NCBI GenBank assembly: GCA_963823555.1 | Contig: CAWGMA010000001.1 | Span: 1,056,001-1,120,000 of the forward strand | Direction: 5' to 3' | Source of the DNA: Candidatus Eiseniibacteriota bacterium | Lineage (GTDB): Bacteria; Eisenbacteria; RBG-16-71-46; CAVPCR01 | DNA length: 64,000 bases | In this document: in pieces, positions 21,910 through 31,828 of the stretch | Layout of the letters: the number at the start of each line of letters is the position of its first letter | Position numbering within the stretch: position 1 is the first letter of the stretch | Position numbers and translations under genes: made by a program | The notes under the pieces: generated by a model | Databases searched by the model: none | What the model saw: the letters and a program-made list of their open reading frames with translations, nothing else | What the model was told of the DNA's origin: nothing

Positions 21910-23162
21910 GCCTCATGTCCGGCTCCGGTGCTCCCGGTCCCATCATCCTGTGGTCGGCAGGGGAGGCCTCCGGCGATCGCCATGCGGCCCATGTGATGCG
22001 CGAGATCCACGCCCGGCGGCCCGAGGTGCGCGCCATCGGCCTCGGCGGGCCGGAGATGGTCAAGGCCGGGATCGAACTCGTGGCGGGCATGGAGGAAGTA
22101 GCCGTGGTCGGGCTCGTCGAGGTGCTGGCGCGGTGGCGTGATCTCCTGCGCGTGCGTCGCCGCCTCATCGGCCGCCTCTCCGGCCGCCCCCATGGCGAGC
22201 ATCCGGCGCTGTTCATCCCCGTCGACTATCCCGGGCTCAATCTCCTGCTTGCGCGTCGCGCCCACGCGCTCGGGGTGCCGGTCGTCTACTTCGTGAGCCC
22301 GCAGCTATGGGCCTGGGGCATGGGCCGGCTCGACACGATCCGGCGTACCGTGCGGCGCATGCTCGTATTCTTCGATTTCGAGGTCGATCTCTACCGGAAT
22401 GCCGGCGTTCCGGTCACCCTCATCGGTCATCCCTTGATCGAGCAGGTGGTCACGGTCCCCGAGCGTGCGGTCGCGCGCCGCTCGTTCGGACTCGAAGATG
22501 GCGATCTGGCTCTCGTCCTGATGCCGGGGAGCCGGGCGGGCGAGGTGAGAACCCACCTGCCGCGGCTCCTGGCGGTGGTCCGAGCCCTGCGCCGGGACTT
22601 CCCCGCGCTCCGTGTCTTCCTGCGCGTCGCCCCCGGGCTGGATCCGGAGCTCCTCACCGCCACCGTGACCCGCTCCCAGGTGCCGGTCGAGATCGTCGCC
22701 GACGGGGACGCGGCGGTGGTCCGGGCCGCGGACCTGGCGCTCGTCGCCGCCGGCACCGCCACCCTGGAGACGGCGTTGCTCGAGACACCCATGCTCATCG
22801 TCTACCGCGTGACGCGGCTCACGTACTGGATCGCGCGCCGCCTGGTCCGCATCTCATCGATCGGTCTCGTCAACGTCGTTGCCGGCCGGACGATCGCGCC
22901 CGAGTTCGTTCAGGATGCCTTCTCGACGCCGGCGGTGGCGGCGGCGGCGAGTCGACTGCTCGGGGATCCGGCGGCGCGGGAGGCGCAGCGGGCCGAGCTG
23001 CGTGCGCTGCGCCCGCGGCTCGGTGGTCCGGGAGCGGCGGAGCGCGCCGCCGAGGCGATTCTCGCCGAGCTCGACCGTGCCGCGAGCGAGCGACCCGACG
23101 GCGCTGCCCGCCGTGGAGAGCCCAGGGCTGTGGGCCACGAAGAGCCCCATCCAGCGTCATGA
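21906..23162 (+). CDS. lpxB: Lipid-A-disaccharide synthase
   Basis: AGEASGD, VDYPGLN, FVSPQLWAW, GHPL, MPGSR..E, GTATLETAL, PEFVQ. Confidence 0.95.
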   Translation: MSLMSGSGAPGPIILWSAGEASGDRHAAHVMREIHARRPEVRAIGLGGPEMVKAGIELVAGMEEVAVVGLVEVLARWRDLLRVRRRLIGRLSGRPHGEHPALFIPVDYPGLNLLLARRAHALGVPVVYFVSPQLWAWGMGRLDTIRRTVRRMLVFFDFEVDLYRNAGVPVTLIGHPLIEQVVTVPERAVARRSFGLEDGDLALVLMPGSRAGEVRTHLPRLLAVVRALRRDFPALRVFLRVAPGLDPELLTATVTRSQVPVEIVADGDAAVVRAADLALVAAGTATLETALLETPMLIVYRVTRLTYWIARRLVRISSIGLVNVVAGRTIAPEFVQDAFSTPAVAAAASRLLGDPAAREAQRAELRALRPRLGGPGAAERAAEAILAELDRAASERPDGAARRGEPRAVGHEEPHPAS

Positions 23163-24544
23163 CCCGACCGTCCGCAACCGCTCCGTCTCGCTCCCAGGTC
23201 CTGGATCTGGCCTATCGCGCGCTGGCCAGCGTGGCCTTCGCCGGTCTCAAGGGACACCGGCGTTACCGGCGGGACGCGGCCATGGGCCGCGAGCGAGCGG
23301 GATACCTGGAGCCGGCGTCGGCCTATCGCGCGGCGCCAGCACGGATCTGGCTCCACGGATCCTCGGTGGGTGAAATCAGCGCCTTGCCGCCGATTCTTGC
23401 GGAGCTCCGGCGCGCTCGCCCCGAGCTGGGGATCGCCCTCACCGCTTTCACCGATACCGGGCTCGATGCCGCGCGGCGGCTGGTCGGCGCCGGTCAGGCC
23501 TTCGCCCTGCCCGCCGATCTCCCCGGCCCTCTCGCCCGCGCTTTCGGGGCCCTGGCCCCGGACGCGCTGATCCTGACCGAGACCGAGCTGTGGCCGGGCC
23601 TGCTTCACGCCGCTGCCCGTAACGGGGTTCCGGTGGCGGTGGTGAACGGCCGGCTCAGGGAGAGCGGGTTCCGGCGCTACGCCGTCCTGAAGCCGCTCCT
23701 CAGGGAGTCGCTCGGCCGTCTGGTCGCGGTGGCCGCCCAGAGTGCCGGAGACGCCGAACGCTTCGCCCTGCTGGGCGTCCCCCACGCGGCCATTCAAGCG
23801 TGTGGATCGAGCAAGATCGACGCCCAGCCCTGGGATGTCTCGGCGCCGGCGCCGGCGCCGATCAGCGGGCGGCCGGTGGTGGTCGCGGGGTCGACTCGCG
23901 AGGGGGACGAGGAGATCGTGCTCGCGGCCATGGCCGCGCTGGCGAGCCCGGTGTCGCCGCTTCTCGTCCTGGCTCCACGACATCTGCCGCGGCTCGAGCG
24001 CGTGGAGACCCTGGTCCTCCGCCGTGGCCTCAAGGTGGCGCGCCGCGGCGCGCACCCCGGGTCGCTCGCGGAGGCAGCAGCAACCGCCGCCGCGAACGGC
24101 GTCGACGTGTTGCTTCTCGACACGCTCGGCGAGCTGGCAGCGGCCTACACGCTCTCCTGGGTGGCGATCGTCGGCGGCGGCTTCAAGGGGGATGGTGGGC
24201 ACAATCTCCTCGAGCCGGCTGTTCGGGCTCGTGCCGTGGTCTTCGGACCGCGCCAGCAGTCGACGGCGGGGGAGGTGGACCTGCTGGTCGCGGGGGGTGG
24301 GGGCATGATCTGCGCCAATGCGCAAGAAGTGGCGGCCGCCGTCAGACCCCTGGTGGTGGACGAGGAGGAGGCCCGGGCTCGAGGCATACGGGCACGAGCC
24401 GCCGTCGAGGCGGCCCGGGGAGCGGCTCGACGGGCCGTCGACCTGGTGCTCGAGCGCCTCGGGCCCGCTCTCGATCCCGCCCGCGGCGCCGCGCCGGACG
24501 CTGCTCTCGATCCCGCCCGCGGCCGCGGGCGGAGATCGCCATGA
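23159..24544 (+). CDS. waaA: 3-deoxy-D-manno-octulosonic acid (Kdo) transferase
   Basis: IWLHGSSVGE, ETELWPG, VVNGRL, AGSTREG, LAPRH, DTLGEL, GGHNLLEPA. Confidence 0.93.
   Translation: MTRPSATAPSRSQVLDLAYRALASVAFAGLKGHRRYRRDAAMGRERAGYLEPASAYRAAPARIWLHGSSVGEISALPPILAELRRARPELGIALTAFTDTGLDAARRLVGAGQAFALPADLPGPLARAFGALAPDALILTETELWPGLLHAAARNGVPVAVVNGRLRESGFRRYAVLKPLLRESLGRLVAVAAQSAGDAERFALLGVPHAAIQACGSSKIDAQPWDVSAPAPAPISGRPVVVAGSTREGDEEIVLAAMAALASPVSPLLVLAPRHLPRLERVETLVLRRGLKVARRGAHPGSLAEAAATAAANGVDVLLLDTLGELAAAYTLSWVAIVGGGFKGDGGHNLLEPAVRARAVVFGPRQQSTAGEVDLLVAGGGGMICANAQEVAAAVRPLVVDEEEARARGIRARAAVEAARGAARRAVDLVLERLGPALDPARGAAPDAALDPARGRGRRSP
24467..24523 (+). repeat. 21-bp direct repeat (period 36 nt) in the waaA 3' end
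   Basis: GCTCTCGATCCCGCCCGCGGC at 24467-24487 and 24503-24523, encoding ALDPARG twice. Confidence 0.85.
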
Positions 24545-25599
24545 GCGCCGCCCTGGCGCTCCCCGCTCTCATCTATGGCGGGCTCGTCGCCGGTCGCAAT
24601 CGCCTATACGATGCGGGACTCCTGCCGCGCGCTCGCGCGCCGCGGCCGACGGTGTCGATCGGCAACCTGACCGTCGGGGGCAGCGGCAAGACACCGCTCG
24701 TTCTCCACATCGCGACGCGCCTCACCGGCGACGCGGTTCCGGTAGCGGTCCTCACCCGCGGCTACGGCCGCCGGTCGACGGCGCCCCTCGTCGTGGCAGC
24801 CGGAGAACCGCTGCCCTCGGCCGCGATCATCGGGGATGAGCCCTGGCTTCTCCGCCGGAGTATCCCGTCCCTGGCTCTCGGTATCGGGGCCGATCGCCTG
24901 AGATCGGCGTCATCGCTCGCGCCCGCACTGGGCGCGGGCGTCTTTCTTCTCGACGATGGCTTCCAGCACCGCCGCCTGCAGCGCGATCTCGACCTGGTCG
25001 TCGTGGCGGCTGGGGAGCCACTCGCGAAAGGCAAGCTGCTTCCGTGGGGCAGGCTGCGCGAGAGCCCGCGCGGTCTCGCGCGTGCCCACCGGGTGGTGAT
25101 CGTGGCCGCGCCCGGCAACGAAGGCGACGTCGAATCGACACGGGCCGAGGTCTCGCGCCTTGCCCCGGCGCTCCCGGTGGCGACAGCGCGGGTCACGATT
25201 CGGGGCGTGCGGCCGTTCGCCGCCCGCCCCGGGGACCTGGAGCCCATGACCGCCCTGTCGGGACCGCTCGCGCTCGCCGCGAGCATCGCTCGCCCCGGGC
25301 GCGTGGCTCGCGGTCTCGAGGCGCTGGGACAGACCATCGCTGGCGTCGTGACCTTTCACGATCATCATGGCTACACGGATCGCGATCTCCCGGCCCTCGC
25401 AGAGACCGCGAGCACGGCCCCGTGCCTCGTGACCACGGAGAAGGATGAGGGCCGGCTCCTGGCCGCCTTCGGTTCCGCTCTGCCATCGCGTCTCGAGCGC
25501 CCGATCTGGGTCCTGGTGACCGAGCTCGAGTTCCAGGCTGGAGGCGAGGAGCTCTACCAGGCCGTCCTGGCCGCTCGGGATCGGCAAAGCGGTGAATGA
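24541..25599 (+). CDS. lpxK: Tetraacyldisaccharide 4'-kinase
   Basis: SIGNLTVGGSGKTP, LTRGYG, GDEP, LDDGFQH, LPWGRLRE, TTEKD. Confidence 0.95.
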   Translation: MSAALALPALIYGGLVAGRNRLYDAGLLPRARAPRPTVSIGNLTVGGSGKTPLVLHIATRLTGDAVPVAVLTRGYGRRSTAPLVVAAGEPLPSAAIIGDEPWLLRRSIPSLALGIGADRLRSASSLAPALGAGVFLLDDGFQHRRLQRDLDLVVVAAGEPLAKGKLLPWGRLRESPRGLARAHRVVIVAAPGNEGDVESTRAEVSRLAPALPVATARVTIRGVRPFAARPGDLEPMTALSGPLALAASIARPGRVARGLEALGQTIAGVVTFHDHHGYTDRDLPALAETASTAPCLVTTEKDEGRLLAAFGSALPSRLERPIWVLVTELEFQAGGEELYQAVLAARDRQSGE

Positions 25600-25724
25600 G
25601 CTATGCTCGCGGCCGGCGCAGGTCTCTGGGAAGGCCGGATCCAGGCCAGCCAGGGAGCGCCGGAATTGATCTCCAGGAAGTGGCTTCGCGGGTCGGCTTC
25701 GAGCGATTTCGAGGGGCGGGACGG

Positions 25725-27413
25725 ATGAAGCACACGAGTTCGGCAGACGTTCTCATCATCGGTTCGGGCATCGCCGGCCTGACCCTGGCGCTCAAGTGCG
25801 CTGAGAGCGCCACCGTCGCCGTGATCACGAAGAAGGAAGACAGCGAGTCCAACACCAACTATGCCCAGGGGGGGCTCGCCGCGGTCATGGGGTCCAACGA
25901 CCGCTTCGACCTCCATGTGCGCGATACCCTCCGCGCCGGAGTCGGGCTCTGCCATCCCAAGGCCGTCGAGCTCATCGTCAAGAGCGGGCCGGCGCGGGTC
26001 CGCGAGCTCCTGCGGCTGGGCGTGCGTTTCAGCCGTGCCGAGGGAGAGCTCGAGCTCGGGCGCGAGGGCGGACACTCGCGGCGGCGCATCGTGCACGCGG
26101 CCGACATGACCGGCCGGGAGATCGAACGGGCGCTCCTCGCCGCCGTCGCCGCACACCCGAACATCGCGGTTCACGAGCACCACATGGCCGTGGACCTGAT
26201 TCTCGGCTCGCGCCTCGGTCTGGGTCCCAGCGAGCGGTGCTGGGGAGCCTACGTCATGGAGACCCGCACCGGGGCCATCAACCCGTTGACGGCCCCGGTG
26301 ACGGTCCTGGCCTCGGGCGGATCGGGACGCGTCTATCTCTATACATCCAATCCCGACATCGCGACGGGTGATGGCGTGGCCATCGCGCACCGTGCCGGCG
26401 CGGTCATCGGGAACCTCGAGTTCGTTCAGTTTCACCCGACCTGTCTCTATGACCCGCGAGCGCGCTCCTTCCTGATCTCGGAAGCGGTGCGGGGAGAGGG
26501 CGGGATCCTGCGCACGCTCAATGGGGAGCGGTTCATGCCGGGCATGCACCCGATGGCCGAGCTCGCGCCCCGGGATGTGGTGGCGCGGGCCATCGATGGG
26601 GAGATGAAGCGGCTTGGGGATGCCCATGTCTACCTGGACGTCACCCATCTCGATCCGTCGCGCGTGCGCTCGCGCTTCCCGATGATCGACTCCAAGCTCC
26701 AGGAGCTTGGCCTCGACATGACCAGGGAACCGATTCCGGTGGTTCCCGCAGCGCACTACCAGTGCGGCGGCGTGGTCACCGATCTCGGTGCTCGCACGTC
26801 CATCCCCGGTCTCCTCGCGGTGGGGGAGGTGGCGATGACCGGGGTTCATGGCGCCAACCGACTCGCCTCGAACTCGCTCCTCGAGGCCGTGGTCTTCGCG
26901 CATCGCGGGGCGCTCTCGGCCCGGGCCGTGATCCGCCGTCGCGAGCGGCACCCGCGGGCTGCCCCGTGGGAGCCGGGCAAGGCGGGCCGCCCGCGCGAGG
27001 CGGTTACCTTCGATCACGACTGGGACGAGGTGAGGCGCCTGATGTGGGACTTCGTCGGCATCGTGCGGAGCGACGAGCGACTCCGTCGCGCCGGCCAGCA
27101 TATCGCGATCCTGCGCGAGGAGATCGAGGCCAGCTACCGGGACTACGTCCTCGATGCCGACCTGGTGGAGCTTCGGAACATCGGCCTCCTGGCCGAGCTC
27201 ATCATTCAATCGGCGGCTCGCCGCACCGAGTCCCGGGGGCTGCACTGGAACCGCGATCACCCCCGGCGCGATGATCGCAGGTGGCGTCTGGACACCCTGC
27301 TCCTGGGGCACACCTTCCTCGTGTCCCCCCCGCTGGCCGTGGGGAGCCAGGGCTCCTCCCGACGCCCGGCGGCGTCCCGGAGCCCCAGAGCAAGACGCCG
27401 CCGGACAGGGTAG
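25725..27413 (+). CDS. nadB: L-aspartate oxidase
   Basis: IIGSGIAGL, SNTNYAQGG, GREGGHS.RRI.H, EFVQFHPT, LISEAVRGEG, ELAPRDVVAR, HGANRLASNSLLE, ESRGLH. Confidence 0.95.
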   Translation: MKHTSSADVLIIGSGIAGLTLALKCAESATVAVITKKEDSESNTNYAQGGLAAVMGSNDRFDLHVRDTLRAGVGLCHPKAVELIVKSGPARVRELLRLGVRFSRAEGELELGREGGHSRRRIVHAADMTGREIERALLAAVAAHPNIAVHEHHMAVDLILGSRLGLGPSERCWGAYVMETRTGAINPLTAPVTVLASGGSGRVYLYTSNPDIATGDGVAIAHRAGAVIGNLEFVQFHPTCLYDPRARSFLISEAVRGEGGILRTLNGERFMPGMHPMAELAPRDVVARAIDGEMKRLGDAHVYLDVTHLDPSRVRSRFPMIDSKLQELGLDMTREPIPVVPAAHYQCGGVVTDLGARTSIPGLLAVGEVAMTGVHGANRLASNSLLEAVVFAHRGALSARAVIRRRERHPRAAPWEPGKAGRPREAVTFDHDWDEVRRLMWDFVGIVRSDERLRRAGQHIAILREEIEASYRDYVLDADLVELRNIGLLAELIIQSAARRTESRGLHWNRDHPRRDDRRWRLDTLLLGHTFLVSPPLAVGSQGSSRRPAASRSPRARRRRTG

Positions 27414-27469
27414 GATATGGGTAGGCCAGTGCGGGACGCGATCCGGTTGGCCCAAGGGAGGATGGATCG

Positions 27470-28327
27470 ATGCCGATCAGGGGAGACCGATTGGAGCCGG
27501 GACCGCGCACGGTGCGGCGCCCGGCGGTTGCCGGCATGTTCTATCCGGGGGAGCGCGATCGCCTCGAGCACGACGTGGACGCGATGCTGGGCGAGTCCGG
27601 GTCGGCTCACCTGGGCGGGCGCGTGCTGGCTCTGGTGGAACCGCATGCCGGATATCCGTATTCCGGGGCCGTGGCGGCGGCCGGCTATCGGGAGCTCGAC
27701 CCCGACGCGATCGATCGCGTGTTCCTCGTCGGCCCCAGTCACCGAGCGGCTTTTGCCGGGGTGGCCCTGTGGGACGGGGAGGCTTTCGCCACTCCTCTCG
27801 GCAACGTGCCTGTCGATCGCGAGTCCGTGCATGCCTTGACTCGCGAGTCACCGCATATCTTCGTGCGCAACGCCGTGCACGAGGATGAGCATGCCCTGGA
27901 AGTGCAGCTTCCGTTCTTGCAGCGCCGGCTCGAATCCTTCCGGCTGGTGCCGATGGTGATGGGTCGGCAGGACCGGGCGACGGCCTTCGAGCTGGGCCGA
28001 GCGCTAGCCCAGGTGGCGGCGCGCACGCCGCGGAGCCTCCTCGTCGCCAGCTCGGATCTCTCCCATTATCATCCCTACGAGGAGGCCGTGATGCTCGACC
28101 GCGGGGCGCTCGAACGGATCTCGGCCTTCGATCCCGATGGGCTCCTGGCAGGTCTCACGGCCGGCCAGTTCGAGGCCTGCGGTGGCGGCCCGATCGCGGC
28201 CGTCTTGACCGCAGCCCGCGCTCTGGGTGGACGACAGGTCCATGTCCTCGCCTATCGGAACTCGGGCGATGTGACGGGGGATCGTCTGCAGGTGGTCGGC
28301 TATCCGGCATGCGCCGTCACGGCGTGA
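27470..28327 (+). CDS. amrB: AmmeMemoRadiSam system protein B (MEMO1 family)
   Basis: RRPAVAGMFYP, PHAGY.YSG, GPSH, EHALEVQLPFL, ASSDLSHY, ACGGGP, NSGD...VVGY. Confidence 0.92.
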   Translation: MPIRGDRLEPGPRTVRRPAVAGMFYPGERDRLEHDVDAMLGESGSAHLGGRVLALVEPHAGYPYSGAVAAAGYRELDPDAIDRVFLVGPSHRAAFAGVALWDGEAFATPLGNVPVDRESVHALTRESPHIFVRNAVHEDEHALEVQLPFLQRRLESFRLVPMVMGRQDRATAFELGRALAQVAARTPRSLLVASSDLSHYHPYEEAVMLDRGALERISAFDPDGLLAGLTAGQFEACGGGPIAAVLTAARALGGRQVHVLAYRNSGDVTGDRLQVVGYPACAVTA

Positions 28328-28360
28328 ACGGTATCCGTCCCGGGCACCACTTGACGCGCC

Positions 28361-28729
28361 ATGGATCTTGACCACGAGAAGACACTGAAAGTCGACGTGA
28401 TCCTGGAACGGGACTCGCGCTACCGCGCCGAGGCCTACGAGTTCGTGCTGGCCGCGCTCGGGCACACGCTCGAGCGTCACGGCCGGCAAGGCCACGTCAC
28501 CGCATCCGAGCTCATGGCGGGCATCCGCGAGTTCGGACTCGAGCAGTTCGGGCCGTTGACCAAGACCGTGTTCAATCACTGGGGCATTCGCCAGGCCAGC
28601 CAGTTCGGCGACATCGTCTTCAATCTGATCGACGTCGATCTCCTGGGCAAGCGTTCCGAGGACCGGCGGGAGGACTTCGACGCTGCCAGCTTTGACCTGG
28701 ACACCCTCGCTCCCGGTCGGGGCCCATGA
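28361..28729 (+). CDS. Minf_1886 family protein
   Basis: D.RY..EAY.FV..AL, HVT..EL..G.R, QFG.L...V...WGI....FG.IVF.L, EDF. Confidence 0.8.
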   Translation: MDLDHEKTLKVDVILERDSRYRAEAYEFVLAALGHTLERHGRQGHVTASELMAGIREFGLEQFGPLTKTVFNHWGIRQASQFGDIVFNLIDVDLLGKRSEDRREDFDAASFDLDTLAPGRGP

Positions 28730-28787
28730 CCGCGTACCCGGCAGACTCCCGCGGCACGGCGCCACCCGCCGCCAGGCGCCCAGAGCG

Positions 28788-30713
28788 ATGAATCCCTATT
28801 TCACGATCCTCACCACGCTCAGGCCCTATACGCGCCTCGTCGTCATGACGATGGTCGCGAGCGCCGTCTATGCCCTGCTTTCCGGTATCTCGGTGGGCAT
28901 GATCTCGCCGCTCTCTCGCACCCTGTTCGCCTCGCCGGAGTCGGGAGTGAGCCTGAGCGCGCCGGCAAGGGCCGGCGCGCCTGCGACCGCGCCATCGACC
29001 TCGGCCCTGCCACCGTCTCCGACCGCGCGGCTCACGGATCGATTGACGAGCGCCGGCCCGATCCCTGAGCTCAAGAGCCGGATCGAGTCCTTCCTCTTCA
29101 TCGAGCCTCCGGCCGCCGCCCTGCGCCGGGTGTGCGCGGTGATCCTCCTCATCTTCCTCCTCAAGGGAATAGCCGGTTATATCGAGCAGGTTTCCTTGAA
29201 TCGTATCGAGCAGGCGGTCGTGCGCGATCTCAGGGTCCGGTTGTTCACCCATCTGAACACCCTGTCGCTCGACTTCTTTCATCGCCGTCGCGCCGGAACC
29301 CTGATCTCGCGCATCATGAACGACGTCGGGCTCGTGCGCGGCGCGTTGACCGCCGGCGTGTTCATCTCGGTGCGCGAGGGACTCACGCTTCTGGCCTGCC
29401 TGTTCTGGGTGTTCTGGGTCTCGGTGCCGCTGGCCCTGGTCTCCTTGATCGTGGTGCCGCCGAGCGCGCTCCTCATCGTTGCCCTCGGCCGCAAGCTCCG
29501 GCGCTCGAGCCGCCGCGCCCAGGAACGGATGGCCGATCTGACCGCCATCCTGCAGGAGGCCATTTCCGGGATGCGCGTGGTGAAGGCCTTCGCCATGGAG
29601 CGCTTCGAGGTGGAGCGCTTTCGCCAGGCGGCTGATCGCACCTATCGCGCCTTCGTTCGCCTGCGCCGCTACTTTGCGCTGTCGAGCCCGCTCTCGGAGC
29701 TCCTCGGCGCCGGGGCCGCGGTGATCGTGCTCTTCTATGGCGGTCACCTCATCCTCACCGCGCGCACGCTCACGCCCGAGCGCTTCCTGCTCTTCCTGGT
29801 CGCCATGCTGACGATGATCCGGCCGCTCAGACGGATCGCCTCGCTCAACGCCGATATCCAGGATGGCCTCGCGGCGAGCGAACGGATCACCGAGGTCCTC
29901 GCCATCGCGCCCAGCGTCAGCGAGCGCCCGGGGGCCTTGCCGGTGCGCGGGTTCGCCGAGGCGATCCGCTTCGAGGGCGTCGAGTTCGCCTACGAGCCGG
30001 GGCGGCTCGTCCTCGCCGGGATCGATCTCACCGTCCGTGCCGGGGAGGTGGTGGCGCTCGTCGGTCCTTCCGGGGCGGGCAAGTCGACGCTCGTCGATCT
30101 CGTGCCCCGCTTCTACGACCCGACCCAGGGGCGCATCACGCTCGACGGGGCCGATCTGCGCGACCTCAAGCTCCCGGATCTGCGCCGCCAGATCGGGCTC
30201 GTCACGCAGGAGGTCATCCTGTTCAATGACACCGTGCGCGCCAACATCGCCTACGGTGACGAATCGATCTCGGATGAGGCGATCCACGATGCGGCGCGAG
30301 CGGCCCATGCCGCCGAGTTCATCGACTCGATGCCCCAGGGGTACGCGACCGAGATCGGCGACCGGGGTGTGCGGCTATCAGGCGGCCAGCGGCAGCGGCT
30401 GGCCATCGCCCGGGCCATTCTCAAGAACCCGCCGATCCTGATCCTCGACGAGGCGACCTCCGCGCTCGACACCGAATCGGAGCGGCTCGTGCAGGCGGCC
30501 CTCGCCCGGCTGATGGCCGGACGCACCGTGCTCGTCGTGGCCCACCGCCTGTCCACCGTGCGCCACGCCGATCGCATCGTCGTTCTCGATCGCGGCCAGA
30601 TCGTGGAGCAGGGCAAGCATCACGAGCTTCTGGAAAGGAACGGCCTCTACACCCGGCTCCATGCCGAGGAGAAGGAAGTGAGTGCCGCCCATCTCGGTGG
30701 GGGCGTGTCGTGA
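28788..30713 (+). CDS. msbA: MsbA-like lipid A/LPS ABC exporter (fused permease-ATPase)
   Basis: N-terminal TM domain, GPSGAGKST, RFYDP, GDRGVRLSGGQRQR, LDEATSALDTESE, AHRLSTV; context of lipid A genes. Confidence 0.75.
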   Translation: MNPYFTILTTLRPYTRLVVMTMVASAVYALLSGISVGMISPLSRTLFASPESGVSLSAPARAGAPATAPSTSALPPSPTARLTDRLTSAGPIPELKSRIESFLFIEPPAAALRRVCAVILLIFLLKGIAGYIEQVSLNRIEQAVVRDLRVRLFTHLNTLSLDFFHRRRAGTLISRIMNDVGLVRGALTAGVFISVREGLTLLACLFWVFWVSVPLALVSLIVVPPSALLIVALGRKLRRSSRRAQERMADLTAILQEAISGMRVVKAFAMERFEVERFRQAADRTYRAFVRLRRYFALSSPLSELLGAGAAVIVLFYGGHLILTARTLTPERFLLFLVAMLTMIRPLRRIASLNADIQDGLAASERITEVLAIAPSVSERPGALPVRGFAEAIRFEGVEFAYEPGRLVLAGIDLTVRAGEVVALVGPSGAGKSTLVDLVPRFYDPTQGRITLDGADLRDLKLPDLRRQIGLVTQEVILFNDTVRANIAYGDESISDEAIHDAARAAHAAEFIDSMPQGYATEIGDRGVRLSGGQRQRLAIARAILKNPPILILDEATSALDTESERLVQAALARLMAGRTVLVVAHRLSTVRHADRIVVLDRGQIVEQGKHHELLERNGLYTRLHAEEKEVSAAHLGGGVS

Positions 30714-31828
30714 CGAGGCCGGCCCCGGCGACCCGTGCCGCCACCGTGAGGAAACGCGGGGGAGAGGAGATCCTCGTCATTCGCTTGAGCTCCCTCGGCG
30801 ACATCGTGCTCACCTTCCCGGCGCTCGAGCTCCTCAGCCGCAAGGAGCCCCAAGCGCGGATCGTCGTTCTCACCAAGCGCGCTTACGCCCCGCTCGTGGC
30901 CGCCCATCCGGTGGTCGATGAGGTGCTTGTCCTCGATGAGACGGAGCGGGGAATCAGGGGGGCGTGGCGGCTTGCGCGCCGCATTCGAGAGCGACGGTTC
31001 TCCCGGGTGATCGACCTACACGGGACACCGCGGAGTCGCTTCATCGCCGCCCGGTCCGGGGCGCGACGAACGGGTCGCGTGCACTCCCGCGCCCTCGCGC
31101 GGCGGCGACTCGTGGGTGCCGCTTTCCTGCGTCGGGTCCTGCACCGCCCGCCGCCATCCTCGGCCGGCGTGGGGGAGGTCCTACCGGCCGTCGCCCTGGC
31201 GATGGCGCGCGCGGTGGATCCCCGCGTGTCCGAGCCGGCCGAGCTCCCGCGGCCCGCGCTCGAGCTGCCGGCTCCAGCGCTTCGCCATGCCGACGAGCTT
31301 CTCGCCGCCACTCCGGGAGCCGGGCCGCTCATCGCGCTCTGCCCCGGTTCCCGGCACGCCACCAAGGGCTGGCCCGGATACGAGACGCTCGCGAAGAGCC
31401 TCCTCGACCGCGGGCACCGCGTTGCCGCCGTGCTCGGTCCGGAGGATGAGTGGCAGGGAGCGAGCGTGCCGGGCTGCGCCATCGTGCGCGGACCGCTCCT
31501 CGTCCTGGCAGCCGTGCTCTCGCGAGCCCAGGTCGCGGTCGGCAATGACTCCGGCCTCACCCATGTGGCTGCCGCGGCCGGCGCGCCGGTCGTCGCTGTC
31601 TTCGGTCCGACCGTGCCCGAGCTCGGCTTCCTGCCGGTGGGATCGCACCGCGTGGTCGAGCGCCATGATCTCAACTGCCGCCCATGCTCCGTGCACGGGA
31701 GCCGGCGGTGTCCCCGCGGCGACCACGCCTGCCTCGCCGAACTCGATCCAGCGCTCGTCATGACCGCGATCGATGACATCATGCAACCGGCAGCCCAGGC
31801 AAGGAACGAGGTGATCCATGTCCGCTGA
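30710..31828 (+). CDS. Glycosyltransferase family 9 (heptosyltransferase-like)
   Basis: ILVIRLSSLGDIV, IDLHG, TKGWP, GNDSGLTHVAAA, FGPT, CRPC...C...H.C. Confidence 0.9.
   Translation: MTRPAPATRAATVRKRGGEEILVIRLSSLGDIVLTFPALELLSRKEPQARIVVLTKRAYAPLVAAHPVVDEVLVLDETERGIRGAWRLARRIRERRFSRVIDLHGTPRSRFIAARSGARRTGRVHSRALARRRLVGAAFLRRVLHRPPPSSAGVGEVLPAVALAMARAVDPRVSEPAELPRPALELPAPALRHADELLAATPGAGPLIALCPGSRHATKGWPGYETLAKSLLDRGHRVAAVLGPEDEWQGASVPGCAIVRGPLLVLAAVLSRAQVAVGNDSGLTHVAAAAGAPVVAVFGPTVPELGFLPVGSHRVVERHDLNCRPCSVHGSRRCPRGDHACLAELDPALVMTAIDDIMQPAAQARNEVIHVR

Noticed and set aside
24467..24523. 21-bp repeat as CRISPR or mobile-element target duplication
   Set aside because: Only two in-frame copies in a low-complexity protein tail; a simple local duplication
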